Origin: Planctomycetota bacterium
GTDB taxonomy: Bacteria; Planctomycetota; UBA1135; UBA2386
Direction of reading: 5' to 3'
Assembly: GCA_036376355.1 (NCBI GenBank)
Contig: DASVAL010000017.1
Location: 7,800 to 71,799, forward strand
Length of the DNA stretch: 64,000 bases
Shown here: one piece after another, positions 51,452 through 61,700 of the stretch
Position numbering within the stretch: the first letter of the stretch is position 1
How the letters are laid out: each line of letters opens with the position of its first letter
The notes under the pieces: model-generated
Told to the model about the DNA's origin: nothing
Seen by the model: only the letters and a program-made list of their open reading frames with translations
The model's database searches: none
Position numbers and translations under genes: made by a program

Positions 51452-52993
51452 ATGCGCATCGCCTGCGGACTGTTCGTGTTGCTCGCTCAGCAGTTGGCGG
51501 CCCAGGATCGCACCTGGCCCGCGCCCGTCGAAGGCGACTTCGTCGCGAAGGACTTCCGGTTCGGCACCGGCGAGACGTTGCCCGAGCTGCGCCTGCACTA
51601 CCGCACGATCGGCACGCTCGTGCGCGACAGCAGGGGCCGCGCGCAGAACGCCGTGCTCGTGCTGCACGGCACGACGGGCAGCGGCGCGTCGCTGCTGCGC
51701 CCCGGGTTCGCGGACGAGCTGTTCCGATCCGGCGGGGCGCTCGACGCCGCGACGCACTTCCTCGTGCTGCCCGACGCGATCGGCCACGGCCGCTCGAGCA
51801 AGCCGAGCGACGGACTCCGAGCGCGCTTCCCGCGCTACGACTACGACGACATGGTGCGCGCGCAGCACCTGCTGCTGACCGAGCACCTGAAGGTCGACCA
51901 CCTGCGCCTCGTGATCGGCACCTCGATGGGCGGCATGCACACGTGGCTCTGGGGCATCGAGCATCCCGACTTCGCCGACGCGCTGCTGCCGCTCGCGAGC
52001 CTGCCGGTCGAGATCGCGGGCCGCAACCGCTGGCTGCGGCGCATGGTCATCGACTCGATCCGCGGCGATCCCGCGTGGCGGGCGGGCGACTACGAGCAGC
52101 AGCCGATGCAAGGGCTCACGGGCGCGATCCACGCGATGCTCGTGATGACGAGCGTGCCGCTGCAAGCGCAGAAGGACGCGCCGACGCGCGAGGCCGCGGA
52201 CGGGAAGTTCGACGAGCTGGTCGCGAGCTACCGCCAGAGACTCGACGCGAACGACACGCTGTATGCGTTCGACGCGTCGCGCACCTACGACCCGTCGCCG
52301 CGTCTCGCGGAGATCCGCGCGCAGCTCACGGCGATCAACTTCGCGGACGATCAGGTCAACCCGCCCGAGCTCGGCCTGCTCGAGCGCGAGGTCGCCAGGG
52401 TCGTGGACGGCCGCGCGGTGCTCGTGCCGATCAGCGATGCGACGCGCGGCCACGGCTCGCATTCGCTCGCGGCGCTCTGGGTCGACCATCTGCGTGCGCT
52501 GCTCGCGCGCTCGAGCAGAGGTGCTTCGGTCGGCCGCGTCGAGCCAGCGCAACGCATCTGGGGGCGGAAGGAGCAGCCCCCGGGGTCGATCTGGTTCCGA
52601 CGCGTGTTCGAGCTGCGCCACCCCGTCACCACGGCGGAGATCACGGTCGCGTGCGACGACCACTGCACCGTGTTCGTGAACGGCGTCGAAGTCGTGGCAC
52701 ACCACGACTGGATGCGGCCGGTGCACGTCGACGTGACCAGACACCTCGTGAGCGGCGACAACGTGATCGCAGTCGCCGCGAAGAACGACATGAGCAATGC
52801 GGGCCTCATCTTCTGGCTCGACTGGCGCGCGCCCGGTGTGGACGGCACGGTCGTCACCGACGGCGCCTGGCGCTGGACCGCGACCGAGCAGCAGGGGTTC
52901 ACGTTGCTGCGGCACGACGACCGGACGTGGAGCGAGCCCGCGAACCTCGGCGAGGTCAAGCGCGGGCAGAACGTCTGGGGCTACCCGCAGTAG
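51452..52993 (+). CDS. Secreted alpha/beta hydrolase (MetX/homoserine-acetyltransferase-like fold) fused to a C-terminal beta-sandwich, galactose-binding-like domain
   Basis: GGAGG lies at 51442-51446. It has a signal peptide. VLVLHGTTGSG and GTSMGGMH (the nucleophile elbow) are present. The C-terminal segment WFRRVFEL...ITVACDDHCTVFVNGVEV is typical of glycosidase-associated beta-sandwiches. Confidence 0.7.
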   Translation: MRIACGLFVLLAQQLAAQDRTWPAPVEGDFVAKDFRFGTGETLPELRLHYRTIGTLVRDSRGRAQNAVLVLHGTTGSGASLLRPGFADELFRSGGALDAATHFLVLPDAIGHGRSSKPSDGLRARFPRYDYDDMVRAQHLLLTEHLKVDHLRLVIGTSMGGMHTWLWGIEHPDFADALLPLASLPVEIAGRNRWLRRMVIDSIRGDPAWRAGDYEQQPMQGLTGAIHAMLVMTSVPLQAQKDAPTREAADGKFDELVASYRQRLDANDTLYAFDASRTYDPSPRLAEIRAQLTAINFADDQVNPPELGLLEREVARVVDGRAVLVPISDATRGHGSHSLAALWVDHLRALLARSSRGASVGRVEPAQRIWGRKEQPPGSIWFRRVFELRHPVTTAEITVACDDHCTVFVNGVEVVAHHDWMRPVHVDVTRHLVSGDNVIAVAAKNDMSNAGLIFWLDWRAPGVDGTVVTDGAWRWTATEQQGFTLLRHDDRTWSEPANLGEVKRGQNVWGYPQ

Positions 52994-53011
52994 AGCGAAG
53001 CGAGCGCTCGC

Positions 53012-55777
53012 TCACTTCTTGGCTCGATGCGTGTCGAGGTAGCGGAGGTCGGTCTCGATCAGGTCCGCGTCCTCCTGGCCGGCGACCGCGAGCCAACGCT
53101 TGTCGAGCTTCCTGCCGGCAGCTTCCCAGGACGCCAACGCGGGGCCGTACCGACCACCGGCCCAGGCCAGGACGCAGCGGCCCGCGTGCAGGCAGGCCGG
53201 GTCGAGGGACTGCCGTTTCTGCTTCTCGAAGCCGTCGAAGAGCCGATCCAGGCACTCGGCGACTCCGGCGCTCGCCCACGCCTCGCGAGGCGTGCGGACC
53301 TCCTGCTGGATGCGCTGCATCGTGCGCGCGAACCAGAGCGGGAGGTCGGTGTCGAAGCGCGCCGAGTCGAGACACTCGACCGCGAAGCGATACATCGCCT
53401 GGATCGAGCCGCCGTAGCGCGGCCGCAACGTGTCGACGTAGGCGGCGTACGCGGGCTGGTAGTCGATCTGCGCGGCGACGGCGCGGTCGAACCACTCGCG
53501 CGGCGACACGGCACCCTGCTCGAGCGAGGCGACGATGATCATCCCGACCGCGGCCTCCGGGAACTGCGGGCAGAGCTCGTGGGCCTTGCCGAGGTGCTCG
53601 GCTGCGAGCTTCACCAGAGCAGCGCGCTCGTTCGGGGATGCCTGGCCGTGCTTTGCCTTGCGCGCGTTGTGCAGTCCCGTGACCACGTGCACGAGCCAGG
53701 GGTCGGCACCCTGAAGCGTCGCGAGGCTCGCGATGATCCGGTCGGTCGTCCACTCGTTGCCGACCTTGGCGAGCTCCTCGTGGCCCCACAGACACCGGAC
53801 GTAGTGGCGGCGGTCGTCGCCGGCGAACATCGGATCCGTGATCGCGGCCAGCAGGTGCTCGCGCATCTCGGGCAACAGGCCGGAGCCGATGCCCGGCCGC
53901 CCGGCGCGCCGTGCCAGGTCCGAGAGATGCTGCTTGGCCCACCACGTGAAGGCGACCGACTGGCTCTTCTCGAGATCCGGCAGGGCCGAGATCAGCGTGC
54001 GCGCGAGCCGGTTCACGTCGCCCTCGTCCAACGCGCGCGTGACGACGTAGAGCGTCAGCGGATCCTTGCAGCCTCCGTCCAGGAGCTTGGTGGCGAGCTC
54101 GATGCTCGCCGCCGTCCGCGTCCCGGTCACGATGTCGCCGAAAAGGGCGAGCAACGCGCGCGCGTCGGTGTCCCACTTCGCATCGTGGGTTCCCGCACGT
54201 TCGTAGGCTGCCACGGCTGTCTTGCCGAGCCACTGCGCAAACCGCGCGGTGGCCTGCTCGCTCGTGATCGCCTGCCCGTGCGCAGTCAGCGCGAGCGCCT
54301 TCTCCATGCCGGGGAAACGCGCGGTTGCGAAACCCGCGAACACGTCGCCGGCCGCGATCGCCGCCGGCGTGTAGTCCTTCAAGTGCGGTCGCAGCGTCTT
54401 CGTCAACCAGGCCTCGGAGACGCCGTAGATCTCGAGAGCCTTCGTGTCCAGCCGGTGCCCCAGCTGCTCGCTGAGCGCGGCCGCCTCCTCCGCCTTGGCG
54501 CCGAGCGAGAGAGCGGCGATCCGATGCGTGGTCGCGGTTCGCTTCTCGTTGTCGTCGGCCGCGGCGGCGATGCAGCCCTGATCGAGCTCCGCGAGGTGCT
54601 CCTGCACGTCAGCGTCGGCCCACACGGCCTTCGGATCGCTGGTGCCGAGGGTCACGTAGTGGATCGCCACGCGATAGAGGCTCGGAACCTCGGTGTCGAA
54701 GCGCGCCGTCGCGAGGCACTCGAGCCCGAGGTCCAGCAGTGCACGCTGGGAACCACCCCAGCGTGGTTGCGAGTAGTGCAGATACGAAACGTACGCGTCC
54801 CTCCAGTCGAACTGGGCCGCGACCGCTCGATCGAGCCAGCGCCGCAGCTCCTTCGGTCCGGCACCTCCGGGTCCGAGGATCTTCACCATCGTCGTCGGCG
54901 CATCCGGATGCTGCGGGCACATTTCGTTGGCCTGCGTGAGCAGCTTCGCGGCGGCGTCGAGGTTCGCGCGGAACACCTTGCGATCCGCGTCGCTGACCGA
55001 GCTCGCGGGACCTTGCCCGCGCGCCGCCCAGGCCAGCGTGTTGTGGTGCAGCGCGCGGAGCACGAGCAGCGCATAGGTCGGCTTGCCAGCGCTCTTCTCC
55101 ATGCGCTCCAGCGCGGGCAGGTCGTCGGGCCCGACCTTGCCGCTCCAGCTCTGCAGCACGAGATCGAGGAAGTAGCGTTCCTTGCCGCTGCCGAACTCGG
55201 GTGATGCCGCGAGCTCGACGAGACAGTCGCCGCGCGCGGCCGCGGCCTTGCGGCCGGGTTCGGCTTCCTGGACGAAGGCGTAGAAGCCGCACAGGCTGTT
55301 CTGCAGCAGGTATCGCACCGGCGCCGAGGACTGCCGGGCCGCGATGCCCTTCTCGGCGGCGGCATAGGTCTCGCGCGCTGCATCGGGCTTGCGTTGGTGG
55401 TACAGCGCGTCGGCGGACACCAACTGCACGACGGGGTGATCGCAGCCGAGCTCGCGCAGGCGGTCGCAGAGGCGGGTGATGCGCGGGCCGCGGTCCCCGC
55501 CGAGCAGGCGCGCGCAGAACAGCTCCGCGTACACGGTCATCAACTCCTCGACGTGCGGCTGCCACTCGGCGCGCAACGCGCCGCCGGCCTTGCACTCGGC
55601 GAGCAGCACGCCCGACCAGAACCGCGCCTTGTCGCCCTGATAACGCTTCTGCGTCAACACGTCGGGCCCCGCGGGCAGGGGCTTCGGTGCCTCGGTTTCC
55701 TGGGCGCGCAGCGCGGGACCACTGCAGAGCGAAGCCAGCAGAGTGGAGACGGCGAGAGGCAGTGTTCGGGCGAGCAT
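53012..55777 (-). CDS. Secreted all-alpha protein made of two tandem homologous halves (unknown function)
   Basis: It has a signal peptide (LPLAVSTLLASLCSGPALRAQ). Clear internal duplication is visible: WLDRAVAAQFDWRDAYVSYLHYSQPRWGGS...ECLATARFDTEVP versus WFDRAVAAQIDYQPAYAAYVDTLRPRYGGS...ECLDSARFDTDLP. Confidence 0.75.
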   Translation of the reverse strand: MLARTLPLAVSTLLASLCSGPALRAQETEAPKPLPAGPDVLTQKRYQGDKARFWSGVLLAECKAGGALRAEWQPHVEELMTVYAELFCARLLGGDRGPRITRLCDRLRELGCDHPVVQLVSADALYHQRKPDAARETYAAAEKGIAARQSSAPVRYLLQNSLCGFYAFVQEAEPGRKAAAARGDCLVELAASPEFGSGKERYFLDLVLQSWSGKVGPDDLPALERMEKSAGKPTYALLVLRALHHNTLAWAARGQGPASSVSDADRKVFRANLDAAAKLLTQANEMCPQHPDAPTTMVKILGPGGAGPKELRRWLDRAVAAQFDWRDAYVSYLHYSQPRWGGSQRALLDLGLECLATARFDTEVPSLYRVAIHYVTLGTSDPKAVWADADVQEHLAELDQGCIAAAADDNEKRTATTHRIAALSLGAKAEEAAALSEQLGHRLDTKALEIYGVSEAWLTKTLRPHLKDYTPAAIAAGDVFAGFATARFPGMEKALALTAHGQAITSEQATARFAQWLGKTAVAAYERAGTHDAKWDTDARALLALFGDIVTGTRTAASIELATKLLDGGCKDPLTLYVVTRALDEGDVNRLARTLISALPDLEKSQSVAFTWWAKQHLSDLARRAGRPGIGSGLLPEMREHLLAAITDPMFAGDDRRHYVRCLWGHEELAKVGNEWTTDRIIASLATLQGADPWLVHVVTGLHNARKAKHGQASPNERAALVKLAAEHLGKAHELCPQFPEAAVGMIIVASLEQGAVSPREWFDRAVAAQIDYQPAYAAYVDTLRPRYGGSIQAMYRFAVECLDSARFDTDLPLWFARTMQRIQQEVRTPREAWASAGVAECLDRLFDGFEKQKRQSLDPACLHAGRCVLAWAGGRYGPALASWEAAGRKLDKRWLAVAGQEDADLIETDLRYLDTHRAKK

Positions 55778-55896
55778 GGGCAGCGGGTCGCGTGGGTCTC
55801 TGGCCAGCGGCGTGCCGGCTCAGCGCGCGGAGGTCGACGTAGGCTCGCGGTCGCTGCGCGCTTCGTCAACCCGCTGCGGCTGGTGGCACGGTGGCG

Positions 55897-56406
55897 TCAG
55901 CTCGCCGGGCGGCTCGCGTCGCCGTCGAACTCGGCGCGCGGCGCAGCCTGGTCGAGGCCGACGCGGCCGATCGTGATGTCGGCGCGGCCATAGCTCTCGG
56001 GGCGCACGGGAGCCCCGTTCATGCCGCGCAGCATCGCGAGCTGCCCGACGTGGGTCAGCGCATCGGCGATCGGTCCCTGGAAGATCTTCACGAGCGGGCG
56101 GCTCTGCGGAGCCCCGCGCGCGAGCTCCGCGTCGAGCGCACCGAGGTCGTCGAAGAACCGCTGGCGCGCCTCTGCCCACGACCCCGGCGGCACCGTGTGC
56201 CACGTCGGATCGCCGCGCGACATGCCGGCTGCCCAGTGCGCGAGGTCGGCGAGGTGGCCGAGCAGTTCGAGCGGTGTCCGGGTCGCGGGCGAGGCGCGCT
56301 GTGCCGTGAGGTCGGGAGGGAAGTCGCGCAGCACCTTGCCCGCGCGGTACGCGAGCGTCGCGACCGTGTGGCGCAGGAACTGGCGTTCGTCGCTTGGGAT
56401 GGCCAA
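55897..56406 (-). CDS. DinB-family (four-helix-bundle, metal-binding) protein
   Basis: LGHLADLAHW and ALTHVGQLAMLRG His motifs are present. The only in-frame start is TTG at 56406. Confidence 0.6.
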   Translation of the reverse strand: MAIPSDERQFLRHTVATLAYRAGKVLRDFPPDLTAQRASPATRTPLELLGHLADLAHWAAGMSRGDPTWHTVPPGSWAEARQRFFDDLGALDAELARGAPQSRPLVKIFQGPIADALTHVGQLAMLRGMNGAPVRPESYGRADITIGRVGLDQAAPRAEFDGDASRPAS

Positions 56407-56451
56407 GACTCTGATGGTGGCTGGTTCGTGGGTCGCCCCGCGGCGATGGAA

Positions 56452-58585
56452 CTACTGACCGACCAGTTTCTCGCAGCCGTTGCTGTGCGTGAGCCCGATG
56501 GGCCCCGCCGGATCGAGCACGAGGCACTCGAGGAACATCTGCGCGCCGAGAGTTCCGGGCGGGATCCAGATCGGCAGTTCGAACGCGCCGGCGCCGGGCT
56601 GACCCGGAGCACCACTGAGCGACAGGCCGAGGCTGACGACAGGTGGCCCGATGTAGGCGGTGACGCCGGGCAGCAGGTTCGGCAGGAAGGCCTCGAGGTC
56701 GCTCGCGAACAGCACCGCGATCGAACCGCCGAGACCGCCGACCATTCGCACCTTTGGCGCGAGGCCTCCACGCACCGGTCCGATCAGCGAGAGCGTGGGG
56801 CGCCGGCCGCCGGTGCCCGCGCTGCCCTGACCGTACTGCCGGCGCTGGCCGGCTGTCGGCATCACGAAGCGGCGGTTCCACGCCGTCGTGTTGCCGAGCA
56901 GGTCGATGTCGCCGTCCTGGTCGAGGTCGGCGGCACCGTTCATGCCGACCAGCGCGTACGCGATCGCGGGCGCGTAGACGAGGCCCGGCCCGGTGCGCCG
57001 CAGGAGCTGCAGCCGGTCGGTCTCCTGCACCACGACGTCGGTGCGGCCGTCACCGTCGAAGTCCGCCGCAGCGAGCGCGCCGGACATGGCGAACGTCGGG
57101 CCGGCCGTGAAGACGCCGGCGCCGTTGTTGAGGAAGGTCGCCGTACGCTTGACGGTCGAGGAAAGGCTCTCCTTGGCGATCGCGTCGAGGTCGCCGTCGT
57201 CGTCGAGATCGGCGAACAGTGCCGGGGAGCCCTCGACAATGAACGTGGTCGGCGCCAGCAGCACCGTCATCGAGTACGTCGCCGGCCCGGTCCGGTACAG
57301 GATGGCGAGCGAGGGCACGCCGGCGAACACGGCGAGCAGGTCCTGATCGCCGTCGCCGTCGACGTCGCCCTTGCGGACCGGACTGAAGTTCTGGAACGCC
57401 TGCGGCAGCAGCGTGAAGAAGCCGGCGCCGTTGTTCTGCCACACACCCTGGTGCGTGACGACGTCGAGGTCGCCGTCGCCGTCGGCGTCGTCGACGAGGC
57501 CTGGCGCCGCGATCTCGGCACCCGGCGCTGCGGCCGCGCCGAGGTCGATGAGCTGGTGGTCGCCATTCGCCTCGAGCCGGCGCATCTCGAGGAACTGCGT
57601 GCTGGTCGGAAAGGGCTGGTGCACGAGCGGCACGAGCAGCTCGCGCAGACCATCGCCGTCGAAGTCCGCGGAGGCGACCGGGTCACGGTGGTAGAGGTTG
57701 ACGCCGGGCGACGGCGGCCAGAATCCAGGCACCGCCGTGAAGACGCCGCGGCCGTCGTTGAGCTTCAGTTCGGGCCGCATCACGTGGGCCGTCGGCGTCG
57801 GCCGCGAGCATCAGGTTCGTGTAGACGGCGATCGGCTCCGTGTCCCATGGCACGAAGCCGCCAGGCGTCGTTCGGAACAGCAGTGCATCCATGCCGACAC
57901 CGGTGAAGATGGTGACGGCGAAGTCGGAGACGCCGTCGCTGTCGACGTCGAGCACCTCGCCGCTGACCATGGTCTGGTTCGTGAACGCCGCCGTCTGCGC
58001 GATCGGGAGGCCGAGGCCGGGGCCGCCGAGCAGCCATCGTGCGTACCCCGTCGAACCGGGTGCGAAGTGCAGCACGAAGACGTCGGCGATGCCGTCGCCG
58101 TTCGCGTTGCCGCTGCCGAGCGCGAGCAGGTTGCCGGCCAGCGGCACGTGGATCGGGGCCGCGAACGAACCACCGCCGAGGCCGCGGTAGACGAGCACGC
58201 CGGCACCCGACGCGCTGGCAATCGTCGTCGAGACGAGCAGATCGAGCGTGCCGTCGCCGTCGACGTCGGCAATGTGCACGCGGTGCCCCGCCTCGGAGGG
58301 GAGGGCGACCGACGTGCCCTGCGTGAAGGTGCCGCTGCCGTCGTTCAGCATCGGCCGGAAGCTGAACTTCGGGCCGCCACCGCTCCCGATCGGCACGAAG
58401 CCGATGGCGTCGACGTCGCTGTCGCCGTCGAGGTCGCCGAGCAGTTCCATCTCCTCGGCTACGCCCGGCATGAGGATCGGGAGGATCGGTGCGTCGAACA
58501 GGGCGGACGGCGGCGTTTGCGCGAAGGCGGGCGCGATGGCGAGAAGGCCGAGGAGGGAGGTGCGCATCGGTGCGATTGGCGGCAT
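56452..58585 (-). pseudogene. Secreted FG-GAP/VCBS-repeat protein split by an apparent +1 frameshift near 57786-57788 (a pseudogene, a sequencing error, or two overlapping genes)
   Basis: The upstream ORF (57683..58585) has a signal peptide and repeats (DLDGDSDVD, DVDGDGTLD, NANGDGIADV, DVDSDGVSDF). It then runs into Arg-rich junk after AADADG. The downstream ORF (56452..57783) continues the repeats (DFDGDG, DADGDGDLD, DVDGDGDQD, DLDDDGDLD, DFDGDGRTD) but lacks a signal peptide. Confidence 0.55.
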
Positions 58586-58760
58586 GGAGAGCGGGGACGC
58601 AACGACCCTCAGAATGTATGCCGGTGCGCCCGAGGCGGCCAGCCAGGCCCACGCCGTACCATGGTGGGCGGGCATGTGTCGGCGACCTGTCGCTGCACCG
58701 TCCGTTCGCCGACGACATGCCCGCGCTGATGGCCATGTCGACCTCGCGCTGTATGCGAGA

Positions 58761-61700
58761 TCACCGCAGCCCGCGCAGCCGCAGCAGGCGTTCGCGGACT
58801 GCGGCCAGGTGGGCCGGCCAGGCGCTGCTCCAGTCCCGGAGCCCGGCGAACGCGATCGCGGTGTCGACGAGGTCGGGCAGCGGATTGCCGGTCGCGGTGT
58901 CGAGCCCCAGCCAGTCCGCGAGCTCGTCGCGCACCTGCGCCGCGATCGCCGCCGGCAACCGCGGCAGGATCGCACGCAGCCGGTCCTCGCTGCCCGGGGA
59001 CCGCAGCACCGTGGCGACGGCCCCATCGACGTCGGACCATTCGTCGGCTCGCGCGAGCATCGCGACGAGCACGTCGTCGTTGGCCGGCGCGCCCCAAGGC
59101 GGTCGGGCCGGAGACTTGTCGAGCACGGTGCGTTGGCCAGCGGCGTCGAGGCGCGCCCACACCGCCTGCCACTGTGCTTGCGTGAGCCACACAGCCGACC
59201 CGGCCACCTGCTCGGCGCTGCCGTGGCGCGCCAGGGCCTCGCCGACGAGCTGGTCGACGAGATCGCTGTGGTCGTCGCCGAGCGCCTTCGCCGCCGCGAG
59301 TGCCTTCGGCAGCAGCGCCGGTGCGGCCTGCGCGAGCAGCGCCATGGCGATCGCCTTCACCGTCGGGTCGGTGATCGCGTCGGCGTCGACGCCGGCGGGC
59401 AGCGTGACCGGACCACGCCGCTGCAGCGCGTCGACGACGACTTCGAGCGACAGCGTCGCGTCGCGTTCGAGCACGAGTCGCCACAGCTCGCGCGTCGCCA
59501 GCTCACCGGCGGCCAGCACGCGGGCAGCCCGCTCTGGATCACCCGACGCCAGCTCCGCGAGCTTCGCGAACGGCAACCGCGCGAGCATCTCGTCGCCGAG
59601 TTCGTGGGTTTCGAGATCGCGCGACCACGCCGGGTCCTCGGCTCGTCGCCGCAGCTCCTGCAGCCCGGCGGGCGTGCGTTCGACGGCCCGCAGCAGGCGC
59701 GCCGTCGTGTCGCCGCGGCTGCGCGTCATGGCGTCCACGAGGACCGTCATCGGCTGCGTGTGCCACTGCGCTTCCGGCAACAGCCGCACGAGCTCGTCGA
59801 GCAGGTCGCCGTCCGCCGTCGCCAGCATCGTCGCGGCGAACGCAGTGAGAGCGGGGTCGCGCAACGGCGCTGCCAGCCGCGCCAGCACGTCTTCGGAGCA
59901 GCCGGGCCGACGCGGCCAGAAGGCGTGCAGCAGCCGCAGCGCAGGTTGCTCGCGGTCGGCTGGCGGAGCGTGCCCGAGCACGTCGATCCAGGTGTCGACC
60001 TCCCTGTTGCTCGCGAGCGCACGTTCGCAGCGTGCGACGCCGCGGTCGAGGCAGGTGCGCCGCAGTTCGTCGATCCGCCGGCACACCAACACGCGCCAGG
60101 GCGACAGCGCGCCGCCGGGCTGTGCACCGGGAGTCACCAACACCTGATCCTCGAGCACGTCGGCAACGGCGGCTTCGTCGTGCGCGACGATCTCGAACAA
60201 CCGCGCCAATGCCGCATCGACGCGCGCCTTCGCCTCGGCATCGGGTTCGTCGTCGAAGCCGTAGAAGCCGAGCTCGATCCCGGTGCGCCAGACCTCCGCG
60301 AGGTCCCACCAGGCGTCGCTCGCGAGTTGCGCCGGCGTCGGTGGCGGCTCGGCCGGTGGCGTCACCGGGACTGCCTGCGCGGTGGGTGGCGGACGCGGCG
60401 CGAGTGGCCGCGCCGGCTGCAGGAACGGCGCTGCGGTCGCCGCGGCGCGCGGCAGCGCTGGCGCGATCGCCAGCCGGCACCCGTCGCTGCCGCCGTGCGC
60501 CGCTGCGTCGTACATCGCGATCGCGGTCGCCGGCGGCCACAACACGTCGCCGGGCAGCGTCGCGACGACGTCGAACTGGACGCTAACGACGGCTCGCGCG
60601 TGCACGCGGTCGAACGTCGCGACGACGCGATCGTCGAACCGCTGCAACCGGGCGTCGTCCCCGACCACCTCGAAACCGGCCGGAAGCGGACAGACGACGG
60701 CGACGTAGCGCGCCGCCGCCGGTGACGACAGCCGCACGTCGACGCGAAGCCGCTCGCCGACAGCTGCGTCGCCCTGCAGCGGCAGCCACTGGTCTGGTTC
60801 GCGCTGCCGCAGCAGCCGCCGTTCGACGGTGAACGGTTCGGCCCACGCAGCACAGGTTCCCGGTCGGCTCGTGCGTGCGACCCACGTGACGAAGAGCAGC
60901 TGCTCGGCATCGTCGCAGCGCACGGTGCAGCTGCGGGCGGCGCCCGCCGTGATCGGCTCCACGAACTGCGCACTGCGCGCGTCGCCGTCGGCTGCGAGCT
61001 TCGTCCGGATCGGTGCTGCGCCGTCCACACTGACGTCGAACGCGAGCGTCCCGCTGCTGCGGCGCAGCATCGGCGCCAGCGCGACGAGCGCTGCACCGTC
61101 GGCGTAGGACCGGCACTCGCCCGCGAGCAGCTCGCGCAGCAACTGCACCTCGTCGGCCGCCGCGACCGGGTCGCCGACCGCCCGCCGCAGCTCGATCGCC
61201 TGTGCTTCGAGCACGACCGCCTCTTCGCCGGGGAACCACGTGCGCCGTGCGACGGCGACGTCACTGCGCAACAGCGCGCGCGCGCGTTCGAGATCGCCGG
61301 CCGCCGCGAGCGCCAACCCGAGCCGCAGCGCGCAGCCGCGCGGCAACGGCGTCGCCGCGTCGGCGACCGAGGCGGCGGTCGCGCGCAGCTCGACGTGCTG
61401 CGGGTGCAAGCGCAGCAGACCCGACAACAACTCGACCGCTTCGCTGCGATCCGAGGCTCTGGCTTCCGCGGCCGCGGCCGCGGCGGGTTGCCACTGCCGG
61501 CGCAATGCGTCGAGGTCGAAGACGATTCCGTACGCGGCCGGGTCGACGCCGCCGCCGCGCAGCACCGCGAGTCCGTGCAACACGAGGCCCGTCATGCCGA
61601 GGTCGGCCGATTGCTGCGGCCACCACGCGAACGCACCGCCGCGCGCGACCTGCAGCTGGCGCAGCCGCGCCATGCCGGCGCCGATGCGGTCTCTGTGCGC

